From an uncultured bacterium (GTDB lineage: Bacteria; Macinerneyibacteriota; Macinerneyibacteria; Macinerneyibacteriales; DSCS01): 44,871 nucleotides of DNA. The stretch spans positions 1 through 44,871 of the forward strand of contig CAZJQC010000010.1 in assembly GCA_964548195.1 (NCBI GenBank), given 5' to 3'. The position numbers and the translations under genes are program-made. This document shows positions 18,543 to 29,300 of this stretch, piece after piece. The notes below the pieces were generated by a model that saw only the letters and a program-made list of their open reading frames with translations, searched no databases and was not told the DNA's origin. Each line of letters opens with the position of its first letter. Positions within the stretch are counted from its first letter, which is position 1.

Positions 18543-19553
18543 TTATTTCACCTTCCTCATGGCCAGTCCCAAAGCCACTGACAACGCGGGCCCGGCTTTT
18601 TCCAGTTCAGGCATCAGTTCCGCGGAAGCCTTGACATGCTCGATAGGATTGAATTTTTCTATGCTTGATGTGTCCATCTCGTTTTTCAGAAAATCAAGAA
18701 GTCCCGGCGTCATTGCGCCTCCGCCGGTTATTATGCCCCGGCCCAGCACAATGGGCGAACTCCCCCGTATGTATTCCATGGACCTCTTCATCTGATTGCT
18801 GAGGTTCTGGTTCGTGGCGTCGAACATCTGTATCAGGTTCGCATCAGTGCTCTCCTGTCCGGTCTTGATCTTTTCCGCCACGTCATAATTGACGCCGAGC
18901 TCCTTGGCGATGACATCGGTGTAATGGTTCCCGCCCAGAGGGATCTCCCTCACAAACTTCGGCACTCCGTCCACTATGATACTGAAACTCGTCTTCTCCG
19001 CACCTATATCGGCCATAAACACGGTGCCCGTTATAGGCCCGTGCAGCGCCTCGTAGACATTCTGAACGGCCAACGCGGCCGTATCCACGATCAGGGGCAT
19101 AAGCCCAAGACTCTTCAAAAGGTTTACCCTGGACACGACGACTTCCTTCTTGGCCGCCGCCAGAAGCACATCCGAACGCCCCCCCTGCTCGGAGACCACG
19201 GAAAAATCATAAAATATATCATCACGTTCGTATGGTATATGGTTTGGGAACTCATATTCAAGGGTGTTACGCACCTTGTCCTCGCCCACGGCGTCGATCT
19301 GCACCGCCTTCAGTATAAGGTTCCTTCCAGAGACCGAGATGGAGAGATTTTTATTCTTTATTTTCCTTCTGGAAAATATAGTGCTTATGATTTCTTCTAT
19401 CAGGTTATTATCCATTATTTCGCCCTCGACTATGCTTTCCCGCGAGAGCACATCATATCCGAAATTTTTAATCTCTATTTCCCGAGGCGAGACCTTGACA
19501 TCAATGGCTTTGATACTGTATGAACCGATATCCAAACCGATCAATTTTTTCAT
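18543..19553 (-). CDS. pilM: Type IV pilus assembly protein PilM (actin/FtsA-like)
   Basis: IGLDIGSYSIK, VLLAAAKKE, ADIGAEKT, TGGGA, ALGLAMR; AGGAGG RBS. Confidence 0.93.
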   Translation of the reverse strand: MKKLIGLDIGSYSIKAIDVKVSPREIEIKNFGYDVLSRESIVEGEIMDNNLIEEIISTIFSRRKIKNKNLSISVSGRNLILKAVQIDAVGEDKVRNTLEYEFPNHIPYERDDIFYDFSVVSEQGGRSDVLLAAAKKEVVVSRVNLLKSLGLMPLIVDTAALAVQNVYEALHGPITGTVFMADIGAEKTSFSIIVDGVPKFVREIPLGGNHYTDVIAKELGVNYDVAEKIKTGQESTDANLIQMFDATNQNLSNQMKRSMEYIRGSSPIVLGRGIITGGGAMTPGLLDFLKNEMDTSSIEKFNPIEHVKASAELMPELEKAGPALSVALGLAMRKVK

Positions 19554-19567
19554 TTTTCCTCCTACAT

Positions 19568-20902
19568 TTATTTAATTCTATCTTTATGTCTATAAAAGTC
19601 AAGGTCAATGTCCATTTCTTTTATCTTCTTAATCAACGTGTTCCTGTGTATTCCCAGTATTTTTGCGCATTTTTGAACATTACCGTCATTATATCGTAAT
19701 GTCGATTCTATATGGCGTCTTTCAACCTGATATAAACTTCCGCCATTATCCTCAATTATAGTATTATCCCTGATATTTTTCAACATATATGCTCTTCCGC
19801 TTATAACAGTATTTATTATAAGGTTCTCAAGCTCCCGCACATTTCCCGGCCATGAGTAGCCGTTTATGATCTTCATGTCCTCGTCGCTCAATGCGACCGA
19901 TTTGTCGTATTTTCTGTTGTATGTCTCCAGGAAATACCGCGCCAGCATCGTCACGTCTCCGGTACGTTCCCGCAGCGGGGGCAGGTTCACGGGGAAGACA
20001 TTGAGACGGTAGAACAGGTCCTCCCTGAACTCCCCCCTCTCCACCGCTTTTTTAATATCCTTGTTTGTGGCGGCTATGATCTTAAGGTCAAGCGAACGCG
20101 GCATAGCCTCCCCGACGCGCTGTATCTCTTTTTCCTGTATCACCCTCAACAGCTTTGACTGTATGGACATCGGTATTTCCGATATCTCGTCCAGAAACAA
20201 CGTCCCCCGGTTCGCATATTCTATTTTGCCTTTGCGGTCCTTGTCAGCGCCCGTGAAAGACCCTTTTATGTACCCGAACAGTTCCGATTCCATAAGCCCT
20301 TCCGGTATGGCCGCGCAAAAGACCTTCACAAGGGGGTGCGATGCTCTGGCGCTCTGTCTGTGTATGAACTCCGCCACAAGCTCCTTGCCGGTGCCGCTCT
20401 CTCCCGTGAGCAATACCGTTACATCCGCCGATGCGGCGTTGACGGCCCTGTCCATGACCGATGTGAACTCGGGGGAAGCGTAGACAAGGCGGCTGGCTTT
20501 GGCGGCATTCCCAAAACCTTCGACTGTCTCCTTCAGCTCTTTGGACGTCTCTATTCTGTTTAATGTAAGCTCAAGCTCGTCCAGATTGAGAGGTTTGTTG
20601 AGATAATCATAGGCCCCCATCTTTACGGCCATCACGGCATCTTCCGTATTTCCATAGGCCGTCACCATTATGGTCTCGGCGGGCAGACCCTCTTTTCTGA
20701 TGTGGTTAAGCAACAGCATGCCGTTCATCTCTTTGAGCCTGTAGTCCGTTATGACGACGTCTATGTCCCTCACTCTCTGCAAAGTCCTGACGGCAGTCTT
20801 GCCGTCATCCGCATTGAGCGTCTCATGGCCAAGCGATTTTATAAACCTGCATATGTATTTCGCCTGGGCGGGATCATCCTCAACTATCAGTATTTTCATC
20901 AT
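19568..20902 (-). CDS. Sigma54-dependent response regulator (NtrC/AtoC/PilR family)
   Basis: Receiver (IVEDD, ITDYRL, KP); GESGTGKE; ESELFG..KGSFTGA; LFLDEI; FREDLFYRLNV; WPGNVREL; Fis-type HTH. Confidence 0.93.
   Translation of the reverse strand: MMKILIVEDDPAQAKYICRFIKSLGHETLNADDGKTAVRTLQRVRDIDVVITDYRLKEMNGMLLLNHIRKEGLPAETIMVTAYGNTEDAVMAVKMGAYDYLNKPLNLDELELTLNRIETSKELKETVEGFGNAAKASRLVYASPEFTSVMDRAVNAASADVTVLLTGESGTGKELVAEFIHRQSARASHPLVKVFCAAIPEGLMESELFGYIKGSFTGADKDRKGKIEYANRGTLFLDEISEIPMSIQSKLLRVIQEKEIQRVGEAMPRSLDLKIIAATNKDIKKAVERGEFREDLFYRLNVFPVNLPPLRERTGDVTMLARYFLETYNRKYDKSVALSDEDMKIINGYSWPGNVRELENLIINTVISGRAYMLKNIRDNTIIEDNGGSLYQVERRHIESTLRYNDGNVQKCAKILGIHRNTLIKKIKEMDIDLDFYRHKDRIK
19575..19602 (-). 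promoter_or_regulatory. Putative sigma70 promoter for pilMNOPQ embedded in the 3' end of the response regulator gene
   Basis: Minus strand TTGACT (19602-19597), 16 nt spacer, TAGAAT (19580-19575) in an AT-rich stretch, about 20 nt before the pilM start. Confidence 0.55.
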
Positions 20903-22466
20903 AATCGAACACCAGTCTTATCCTTGTTCCGGCATTGCCGCCGGGCCCCATCTCCATATTACCTCCCGAGGCGTTGAGGAACATCCTTATCAGAGGGATG
21001 CCCCAGCCGCGCTCACTTCCCTTCGTAGAAAAGACGCCGCTGAACAATCCGGACAGCGTGTCCCTTTCAACCCCTTTTCCGGTATCTTCAATATCTATAT
21101 GCACCTTCCCGAGCTGTCTTGCCACGGCTACCCTGACTCCGGCGCCCCGTCCCTTTTCGTAGCTGTTCTTCAGAAGATTGGTAAAGATCATATCCAGCTT
21201 TTGACGGTCAAACAATATCACGGCCTCTTCGTCCACGTCCCACTTAAAACCTATTCCTCTCTCGTCGAACAGCCTCTCCCATTTTTCAAACAGCGGCCTT
21301 AGCGCGTCCGCAAGCCTTATCCTGGACGGAGAACTGCTCATGATATCCGCGAACAGGTCCGTCACCTCCGTCAACTTCCGTATTTCGGCCGCTATGTCGC
21401 CGAACATCTCGTCACGTCCGTACTTTTTTTCGGCCAGGTTCAGTACCATGGATATGACGTTCAGGGGATTTTTGATCTCATGAGCCATCATGGATGCGAG
21501 CGAGTTCATGAATCGGGTGAGTTCATTGTTCGATTTCGACGGCATCCTCTCTGATTCCCTGAACACCGCCACATACATGTCATTGCCGTTCCCCCCGACT
21601 TTATATACGGCGATGTCAGCGTACACCGGCTCCCCCGTCTTCTTGACCAGTCGCGACGCCGTATATAATCTATGGGCAACCCCGCCCAGTCCCGATTTTA
21701 ACGCGGGTATGGAAACACCGATATCGTCATCCCTGTTCATCCCGAACACCCGCTGCGCCTCACGGTTCGAAAGGGTCACAATGCCCCGCGCGTCGAAAAG
21801 GACAAAGCCTATGCGCATGTTGTCTATCACTATGTTAAGTATTTCTATGTCTTTTCTTATTGTGGCTGTCATGCCTTTTATGGACTCGGCAAGCATCCTG
21901 ACTTCGCTGCTCCCTCCGCTGCCGAACTGTCTGTCATATTCGCCGGACCTGATCGCATTGGCTGTCCTGGCAAGTTCCGATATGGGCTTTATAAGAAATA
22001 TATGCGTCAATCCGAAAAACAGCAGGTTCAGGGACAACATCAGCAAGCCCAGGGCAATAAACATGTTCATTATTCCTTTTCGCCACTGGGTGTTGGAAAG
22101 TGAGCCGTATATGACGGCGGCGCCGTCATCAGACATGCGCACATAGATATAGATGGTGTTCTGTCTGTAAAGCTCCTTCTTTTCCCTGATATCCTGAGTC
22201 CTGTCCTTGGCGGTCATGTCAATGCTTCCGGAAAAAGCATCCTTGTCAGGAAGATAATAGCCGCTGATCACACCTGACGAGATCAGCGTGTTCAGCCTCG
22301 CGGTATCATTGTCCGCCCCATATCTCTCGGACATGCGTATGGCTGAATTGACGCGCACTTTCAGCTCCCCCCGCACCAGATCCGAATATGACGTGTAAAA
22401 CATCCGGAATATCAGGACAAACGCGATATTACCCGCTAAAAGTATAAGATAGAACCGGTTCTTCAT
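20880..22466 (-). CDS. Membrane sensor histidine kinase (HAMP, PAS-like, HisKA, HATPase)
   Basis: Two TM segments; HAMP; H-box MAHEIKNPLN; N-box FTNLLKNS; IEDTGKGV; FSTK; G2 box RGWG. Confidence 0.9.
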   Translation of the reverse strand: MKNRFYLILLAGNIAFVLIFRMFYTSYSDLVRGELKVRVNSAIRMSERYGADNDTARLNTLISSGVISGYYLPDKDAFSGSIDMTAKDRTQDIREKKELYRQNTIYIYVRMSDDGAAVIYGSLSNTQWRKGIMNMFIALGLLMLSLNLLFFGLTHIFLIKPISELARTANAIRSGEYDRQFGSGGSSEVRMLAESIKGMTATIRKDIEILNIVIDNMRIGFVLFDARGIVTLSNREAQRVFGMNRDDDIGVSIPALKSGLGGVAHRLYTASRLVKKTGEPVYADIAVYKVGGNGNDMYVAVFRESERMPSKSNNELTRFMNSLASMMAHEIKNPLNVISMVLNLAEKKYGRDEMFGDIAAEIRKLTEVTDLFADIMSSSPSRIRLADALRPLFEKWERLFDERGIGFKWDVDEEAVILFDRQKLDMIFTNLLKNSYEKGRGAGVRVAVARQLGKVHIDIEDTGKGVERDTLSGLFSGVFSTKGSERGWGIPLIRMFLNASGGNMEMGPGGNAGTRIRLVFDYDENTDS

Positions 22467-25063
22467 ATCTTTATGAACTTCATCCTTTTATACTCCCCCT
22501 GGTGTCTCACTGCCAGCATGTATACTCCGTCATCCAAGGCCGATACATCTATGTCGAACGTGTCTTCTCCCGAAAGCATATCGGATTTTCCGCTCAATTT
22601 GCGAGCCCCCGACCCGTCAAAGACCGTATAGGAGACGGCGGTGGCCGCATCCGAATAAAGCCTTACGGTCAAACGGTTTCCTGCACAGGGGTTCGGATAG
22701 CAATAATACGACCTGTCCCGGCTTATCGCATCAAAAGCCATATCCCGTTTTACAACGCGTCCGACACGCAGCGGCTCCACGGCGCCTCCGTATCCGTAAA
22801 CGCGTTGCGCGTCGCGATAGATCAGATATCCGCCGGAAACCGTTTCAAAGACAGTGTCTTTTCCCGTAAGCTGCAACAGCTCTTTGCTGCCGGGATAGAC
22901 CAGATATGTGCCGCTTCCCGTTACAAAATACGCAAGACGTCCGCCTATTCTGACGGCCTCGACATGAGACGCTGTTCCGGGGCGCCAGTGCCCCTCAAGG
23001 GCCCCGCCGATGTTGACCGCCACAAGATCACCGTCGCATATGCCGCCGATCTCAGTGACGCCGTCACCGTCATAATCCGACGGCTGTACCGCTCCGGTAA
23101 AACGGTCGGTCACATACCGCGCCGACACGCCGTCAAAATACTCGGTTCCGCCCGAAGCATTGTACAGGAGCTCCTCCCCGTAAAGGGTCAGCTCCTCCGT
23201 GTATTCGGCTATGACAGACCCGTTCCATTCTATCACGCCCGCGTCATCAAGCGTGACGACACCGCCGCGCCAGGGAAGCGCGCATACCACCTCGCCGCCG
23301 TAATATTCCACAGCAGCAAGCGAAGCATCCAGCCTGGCCGAGGCCGATGAGCCCCTGACAAAGAAACCGTCTCCATGCGCCTCGGCCGAAGTGAGCGTTT
23401 CTCCCAGCAACACATCCGCATCCTCAAGTAGTGAAAAATCGGCGGTGCTGTAAACTCCACCCGAGGTGAAGAAAAGATCATCCGTAAGCATAAGCGCATC
23501 ATCTTCGCCGGCGTCGTACAATACCGTTCCGTCACTGTTATTGACGACGGCCCCGTTCTCATACCTTGCCGCCGCCGTCATCAGGTTTCCCTGCGCATAT
23601 GCGACAGGAAAACCGGCCGGACGCCCGTCATAAAAAGCGATCCGCATGTCACCGGGCAGGGAAGAGACCACCTCCATGGACACGCCCGTGACCCCGCCGC
23701 TGTTATCGGCCGAGGACGGGGCCGTGTCTTCATTAAACCGCCGCCATGTCCCCTCTGAAAACATGTCATCGACCTCTCCGAAAGACCCTTTGCCGCCGAT
23801 GCTCCTGTCAAGGTCTTCAAGCCCGTCGGCTTCCTCGACATCCAGCCCTTTTCCCCAGGGCCCGTTCAATGCTTCGGGATGACAGGCTGTCAGTTTTGAA
23901 TCCCAATGCCATATCAGCACTCCCATATCCCTTTGGTCGCCCGGCCCCATAAGATATTTTATACTTCCCTCCTCTTCGTAGGCTTCTAAAAAGAGAAGTT
24001 GTTGAAAATACTTTTCTATACCCCTTCGCGTGCGCGATTCGATCAGGAAATATTCCCCGTCTCCTGACTCCTTTATATATATGTTGTTTCCATCCGGATC
24101 GGTGTCTTTTACATCGGCTGCAAAAGGCTGCAGCGTCAGTTGCGCCACGCTGTCCGCCCGGACAGGATCGGCCCATCCCATCCTCCATTTGACGTATCCT
24201 GACGGGTGCATGGGCAAAAAACCGAGATAGTTCCAAAATCCGTAACCCATAAGATCCCACATGCCGACGCCTGTGGAGTCCATCGAGACGTCGTATGTAT
24301 AGGGCATGCCTATAAGCCGTCCGAGTGTAAATGCGGCCGGCCCGAGAAGACAAAACGGCATTTCCGAACTGTCCTTGTCCTGCGTCTCGTATTCCGGTAT
24401 GACCATGACGCCGTTAAGCGCTCCGGGATCCATATCGCCCCCTGTTATCCTCAGATATTCGCCCCTTGTGACAGCCGATGAGAGTATGTCCGACGGAGAA
24501 TCCCCCCTGACGTCAAACTCTTCGCCGGCGCCCGCATGCAGAAGGCATATTATATCGTATGAGGTCAACACATGGCCCGCAGAGGCCGCCTGAAGGGCGA
24601 AATCTATGAGCCCGCATATGCCGCTTTCCTCGTCCTCGTTGCTTCCGTAATATGACATGACATCCGGCGCCGTGTATATGTCCGTAAAGACAACCTCGCC
24701 TATGGAAAAAGCTCCGCAGGATATCTCTGTAAAATATTCATCCATGTCGTAATAGGGAAAAGCCGGGGAACCGTCAGCCAGCACAAAGGGGGACTCTTTT
24801 TCGGCCTTTCCGAAGAGCACATAATAATCATATATAAAGGGCGCCTCCAGGGAGTCCGCGATCTCTCTGACGACGAACCTGCCGTCTCCCGTGGTGGCGC
24901 CATCCGCGTCGACCGGAAACTCCACCCGGATGACCAATATATCGACCGCGCCGGACACGGCAAGATCGCCACCGGGGCTTAGCGGCCCGCGCGGCGGACG
25001 CACCGCCGGCGAAGCCGACGCGACACCCAGTATCAGTATCAGACTAAGCATTAAATATTTCAT
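22463..25063 (-). CDS. Secreted M6 (immune inhibitor A)-family metalloprotease homologue lacking zinc ligands, with C-terminal T9SS-CTD/FlgD-Ig-like domain
   Basis: Signal peptide; ILVIRVEF, YFTEIS.G, LHAGAGEE, G.GMWDLMGYG, KWRMGW, EYFLIE.R, GVLIWH, VEEADG; FG-GAP-like DYDGDG..EI; C-terminal YPNP...FD.SG...L..GVY...KFIKI. Confidence 0.82.
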   Translation of the reverse strand: MKYLMLSLILILGVASASPAVRPPRGPLSPGGDLAVSGAVDILVIRVEFPVDADGATTGDGRFVVREIADSLEAPFIYDYYVLFGKAEKESPFVLADGSPAFPYYDMDEYFTEISCGAFSIGEVVFTDIYTAPDVMSYYGSNEDEESGICGLIDFALQAASAGHVLTSYDIICLLHAGAGEEFDVRGDSPSDILSSAVTRGEYLRITGGDMDPGALNGVMVIPEYETQDKDSSEMPFCLLGPAAFTLGRLIGMPYTYDVSMDSTGVGMWDLMGYGFWNYLGFLPMHPSGYVKWRMGWADPVRADSVAQLTLQPFAADVKDTDPDGNNIYIKESGDGEYFLIESRTRRGIEKYFQQLLFLEAYEEEGSIKYLMGPGDQRDMGVLIWHWDSKLTACHPEALNGPWGKGLDVEEADGLEDLDRSIGGKGSFGEVDDMFSEGTWRRFNEDTAPSSADNSGGVTGVSMEVVSSLPGDMRIAFYDGRPAGFPVAYAQGNLMTAAARYENGAVVNNSDGTVLYDAGEDDALMLTDDLFFTSGGVYSTADFSLLEDADVLLGETLTSAEAHGDGFFVRGSSASARLDASLAAVEYYGGEVVCALPWRGGVVTLDDAGVIEWNGSVIAEYTEELTLYGEELLYNASGGTEYFDGVSARYVTDRFTGAVQPSDYDGDGVTEIGGICDGDLVAVNIGGALEGHWRPGTASHVEAVRIGGRLAYFVTGSGTYLVYPGSKELLQLTGKDTVFETVSGGYLIYRDAQRVYGYGGAVEPLRVGRVVKRDMAFDAISRDRSYYCYPNPCAGNRLTVRLYSDAATAVSYTVFDGSGARKLSGKSDMLSGEDTFDIDVSALDDGVYMLAVRHQGEYKRMKFIKI

Positions 25064-26345
25064 GTATTGACATCCTCTTTTTTAGGTCTTCAATCTCAAT
25101 ATTAAGCGCCTTTGCGGATTTTACAAGGTCGCCTCCGGTTATTGCGAGTATTCTCTCCAAAATATCCCTCTCATTGCGCCTGAGCATGGTGGCGATATCC
25201 AGCTGCATCGAAACGAGATATTCTTCGTTAAAATAAAGCGTGTCGCTTTCCGTCATGATATAAAGCCTTTCCATGAAGTTCTTCAATTCCCTGACATTTC
25301 CGGGCCACGTATAGTTGAGAAGATAGGATTCCAGGTCGGGATGTATGTATTTTCTGTCCCCTCCGTACTTTACTTTAAACTCATGAAGAAAAGAGTTGGA
25401 AAGAGGCATGATGTCATCACGCCTTTCACGAAGCGGTGGTATGTATATTTCCATCACATTGATCCTGAAATAGAGGTCTTCGCGAAACTCGTTTTTTCCG
25501 GATGCGGACATCAGGTCGGTGTTGCTGGCCGATATCAGCCCAAACTCGGAGTTGACCGGCTCCTTTCCGCCGAGGCGGTAAAAGCTTCTCTCCTGAAGCA
25601 CGCGCAGCAGCGAGACCTGGCTCTGCGGCTTCAGATTGCATATCTCGTCGAGAAACAGCGTGCCGCCGTCAGCCATCTCGATCTTGCCTTTTTTTTGACG
25701 GCTCGCGCCCGTAAAAGCGCCCTGCTCATAACCGAACATCTCCGATTCGAAGAGGTTCACCGGCACCGCGCCGCAGTCTACCGGCACGAAGGGGCCGGAC
25801 GCCCTGGCGGAGGATGCGTGTATGTAGCGGGCCACTATCTCTTTTCCCACTCCGCTTTCACCGTTAATAAGTATGTTGATGTTTTTTCCGTTAAGCGCGC
25901 GTATTTTTTTAATTATACGCGCCATCTTCTTGTCCCTGTAGAGAAAACCTGCGAAAGTGTCGTCAGCCTTGCTCCCCAGATTCGCCGCGACCCTGCTGAT
26001 CACATCGTATATGACGTCTTCATCGCCGTTCTTTTCAATAAAATCCGCCGCGCCTATTTTCAGGGCTTCAACGGCATTTGATATGGTGCCGTGTCCCGAA
26101 AGCATGATCACCGGTATGTCGGGATAATTCATGTTAAGCAGTTTTAAATACTCCATCCCGTCCATCTTGGGCATCTTTATGTCCAGTATGATCATGTCCA
26201 TCTCTTTTTCCTTAAGCATATCGGAAGCGGCTTCCGGATTCTCAGCCCCGTAAAACTTATGCCCCATATCCGTTATGACGATGTCCATGACTTTCCTTAT
26301 GTTTTTTTCATCATCCACGACAAGTATGTTCAGTTCTTTTCTCAT
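25044..26345 (-). CDS. Sigma54-dependent response regulator (NtrX/NtrC family)
   Basis: ILVVDDE, LDIKMPKMDG, LSGHG; GESGVGKE; ESEMFGYEQGAFTGA; FREDLYFRINV; WPGNVRELKN. Confidence 0.93.
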   Translation of the reverse strand: MRKELNILVVDDEKNIRKVMDIVITDMGHKFYGAENPEAASDMLKEKEMDMIILDIKMPKMDGMEYLKLLNMNYPDIPVIMLSGHGTISNAVEALKIGAADFIEKNGDEDVIYDVISRVAANLGSKADDTFAGFLYRDKKMARIIKKIRALNGKNINILINGESGVGKEIVARYIHASSARASGPFVPVDCGAVPVNLFESEMFGYEQGAFTGASRQKKGKIEMADGGTLFLDEICNLKPQSQVSLLRVLQERSFYRLGGKEPVNSEFGLISASNTDLMSASGKNEFREDLYFRINVMEIYIPPLRERRDDIMPLSNSFLHEFKVKYGGDRKYIHPDLESYLLNYTWPGNVRELKNFMERLYIMTESDTLYFNEEYLVSMQLDIATMLRRNERDILERILAITGGDLVKSAKALNIEIEDLKKRMSIHEIFNA

Positions 26346-26346
26346 A

Positions 26347-29300
26347 TCACTTTTTCACCTCGAAATACAGATATATGTCCAGCCCTTCCCCGGGCCGCAC
26401 TTCGATTTTCACATCGCCTCCGTACTGTGTCATGTATTTTTTCACCAAGTACATGCCCAGTCCGCTGCCTCCCTTTTTGTCTGAAAAGTACGGCTCAAAG
26501 ATCCTGTCCAGCAGCTCGTCCCTGACACCGCCCGCGTAATCCCTGACATGGATCACCAGAAAATCATCTCCGGAGTTGCCGCTACGGTCGGTGTATACGG
26601 CTATTTCCACCGCCCTGGAATCCGCATCCGTCTCCACGATGTTTTCAAATATATTCTTGAAGATCAGATCGAATTTGGCGGGAGAAAAATAAATCACCGG
26701 CAGTATCGCTGAGGCGCTGCGGCTGAACTCAAGCGTGTCGAAAGACTGCGAGACCTTTGCCAGCCTTTCCATGACATCAATCCTGCCAAGCTCCTTCTCA
26801 CCGTCTATGGCGTGCTCCCGGAAACGGTCCACGATGTCCTGTATGCTGTCGGTCTCCTCCCTGATTATATCTATAAGCTCTTCCAGATCGGCTTTCCGTT
26901 CCGGTATCATCCTGCTGCCCCTTATGGATTTTGAGACCCTGTTCAGTGAGAACTTTATCGGCATCAGGGGGTTTTTCAATTCATGCGCGATCTCCTGCGT
27001 CATCTGAAGCCAGACATCGAACTTTTCCGTAAGTATCAGGTTGGTGATGTCAAAGATCATGAAAATATATCCGTATTTGAACTTTCTGATAATATACCTG
27101 AATATCAGGCCGCCCTTTTTGATCTCCCCCTCACCCTCCGCCATATAATCTATGTCAAAGGAAAACACATCAGAGACCCGGGATTTGTACGAGATACTGC
27201 CCCCGAAACTTAGTATCTCATGGTTGAATACTTTTACCCGCCCGTGCTCATCATAGGTCACGGCGCCTATGGGCAGGGATTTGATCATATCGTTCAGATA
27301 GTTCCTGTTGTCTTCAAGACTGCGTTTTAAGAGACCGATGCGTTTTACCATGTTGTTGAAGTTCACGAACAGTACCTTAAGCTCGGGTATTTTCGTATCG
27401 GTCTTCAACTCATAGTTCAGATTGCCGTAACTGACCTCCTTGGTTGCCACTATTATGTCGGACAGAGGACGCAGCACCTTATTGACGTTTCTGAATATGA
27501 TGACGATGATGAAAGCAAGAAGGAAAAACTGGAGAAACAGGTTGAGTATAAGCCTTTCATAAAACGTCCTCACCTCTATGCGGTTCATCACATAGGTCAG
27601 CTTGGCATAATAGCCGGGGAAACCTTTCAGGGTGAAGATGTAATTCATCTCATAATCCAGGGGTGACGCGGAATACGACTCCCCCTCCATGTCCAGTTTC
27701 CTGGTCTCGGCCACTCCCAGTCTGGATTCCTCCATGTTTGCCCTGTAACTGTCGTAGTCAAATGAGTTGACATGGAGCGGTCCCTTGTAAATATGCCACC
27801 CGCGCAATTCCTTGTTCAGGGACTCCGCCAATTCCGTGCGGCCCAGTATGTCAGTCTCCCCGTGACGGCCTTCGGTAAAATCCTCGGTGATCTTCAAAAA
27901 TTCTTCTTTCTGGTCCGACAGCTTTGTCCGCAGGTATATTCTGATGTCGTGTAAAAAACCGCTTGAAAGCAGGATGAAGTTGGAGGCGAACGGTATGGCC
28001 ATCAGCAGCAGGAGCACGAATATGTTTTTTTTGACGAAATCTCCCAGTTCCCTTTTAATATCTTTTTTTATCACGACGATGAGCGCCGCGCCCAGGGCAA
28101 GGAGTATGACGATGACGAAGATGTTTTTTAGGACGATCGGAAACACAGGCTTCACCATGATCCTGTATGTGTCCGCGTCATTTGCGATGATGTTCTCGCT
28201 GTAGCCCGAATACCCCGTATCTTCATATATCATGGTGGTGAAGACCCGCTCCCCGTCGCGCATATGTTCGAAATATATTTCCGTGTCCCGGTCCATGTTC
28301 AGGAAAAAATCGTCCTTTATGCCGAGGACCACATCACCCACACGGTCATCCTCATAAAAAAGTGATACCGAATAGATGTGAAAGCGCCCCTTCTGGACGA
28401 CACGGCCCGGGGACGGGACGTACTCCGCGATATCGCAGTCATTGGCGTAGCGGTTTATGATCTTGCCATTACTGTCCTTGAAATACATAAAAGACGCATA
28501 ATCCCTTCGGGAGAGCGGCGAGCGAAGCCATTTGAAAAAGGTCAGGTTCTCGTCATCATAGTGGAGGTTGTTTTTAAGCGACCACAAAAACACCTGGTCT
28601 GTCCTGAGGTTTTCCGCTGTCTTCAGCATCAGTGCGGCGGGCTCATTTTCTATCTTTTCCATTATTCTTTTAAACGCCTCGTGAGGCAGCCCCTGTGCGG
28701 CCGTAAAGAAAACCGCTGAAAGGGAAATAAAGACAACGGCAACGACTTTGATGCGGCCCGCGGGCAAAGATATCGCCCGCGCCAATGCGCATAATAGAAG
28801 GGCCGCGATAAAAAACGCCGCGGTTATTCCGCCCAGGAAGGCCACTGCCGCCACAAACGCGATCGCGGTGATCATGTCAAACGCCAAAGATGTCTTCCTG
28901 TAAAGTATATGCAATATGGAAAAAAAGAGTACGATGCTTGTTGTCGCTATTATGTTTGAAAAGGTTATACGGCCTATCCAAAAGGCGATCTTGCCTCCGT
29001 CATCCATAAAGGCCCTGTAATAAAGGCCGCCCGCTATAACAGTCGCCATCAGCGGAGACGCTATTTTTAAATATTCACCGATAAAACCGCCCGCCGCAGC
29101 CGGCATTGCAGCCATCTTTTTGCGGTTCAGAAAGAAAAAGATCAGCGCCAGGGTCAGAAATACCGGGTTTATCAACCCCATCATAAGATTGAGAAGAAAC
29201 GCCGTAAAGCTCCATATAAAAAAACGATTTTCCCCTTCCAGCCTCACCAGAGCGATGATACAGGCAAGCAAACATGTCAATATGAAAAATCGCGATGTGG

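Noticed and set aside
20240..20290. GSFTGA instead of GAFTGA in the first sigma54 activator
   Set aside because: GSFTGA is a common natural variant, and the Walker and other motifs are intact, so it is not evidence of a pseudo-activator.
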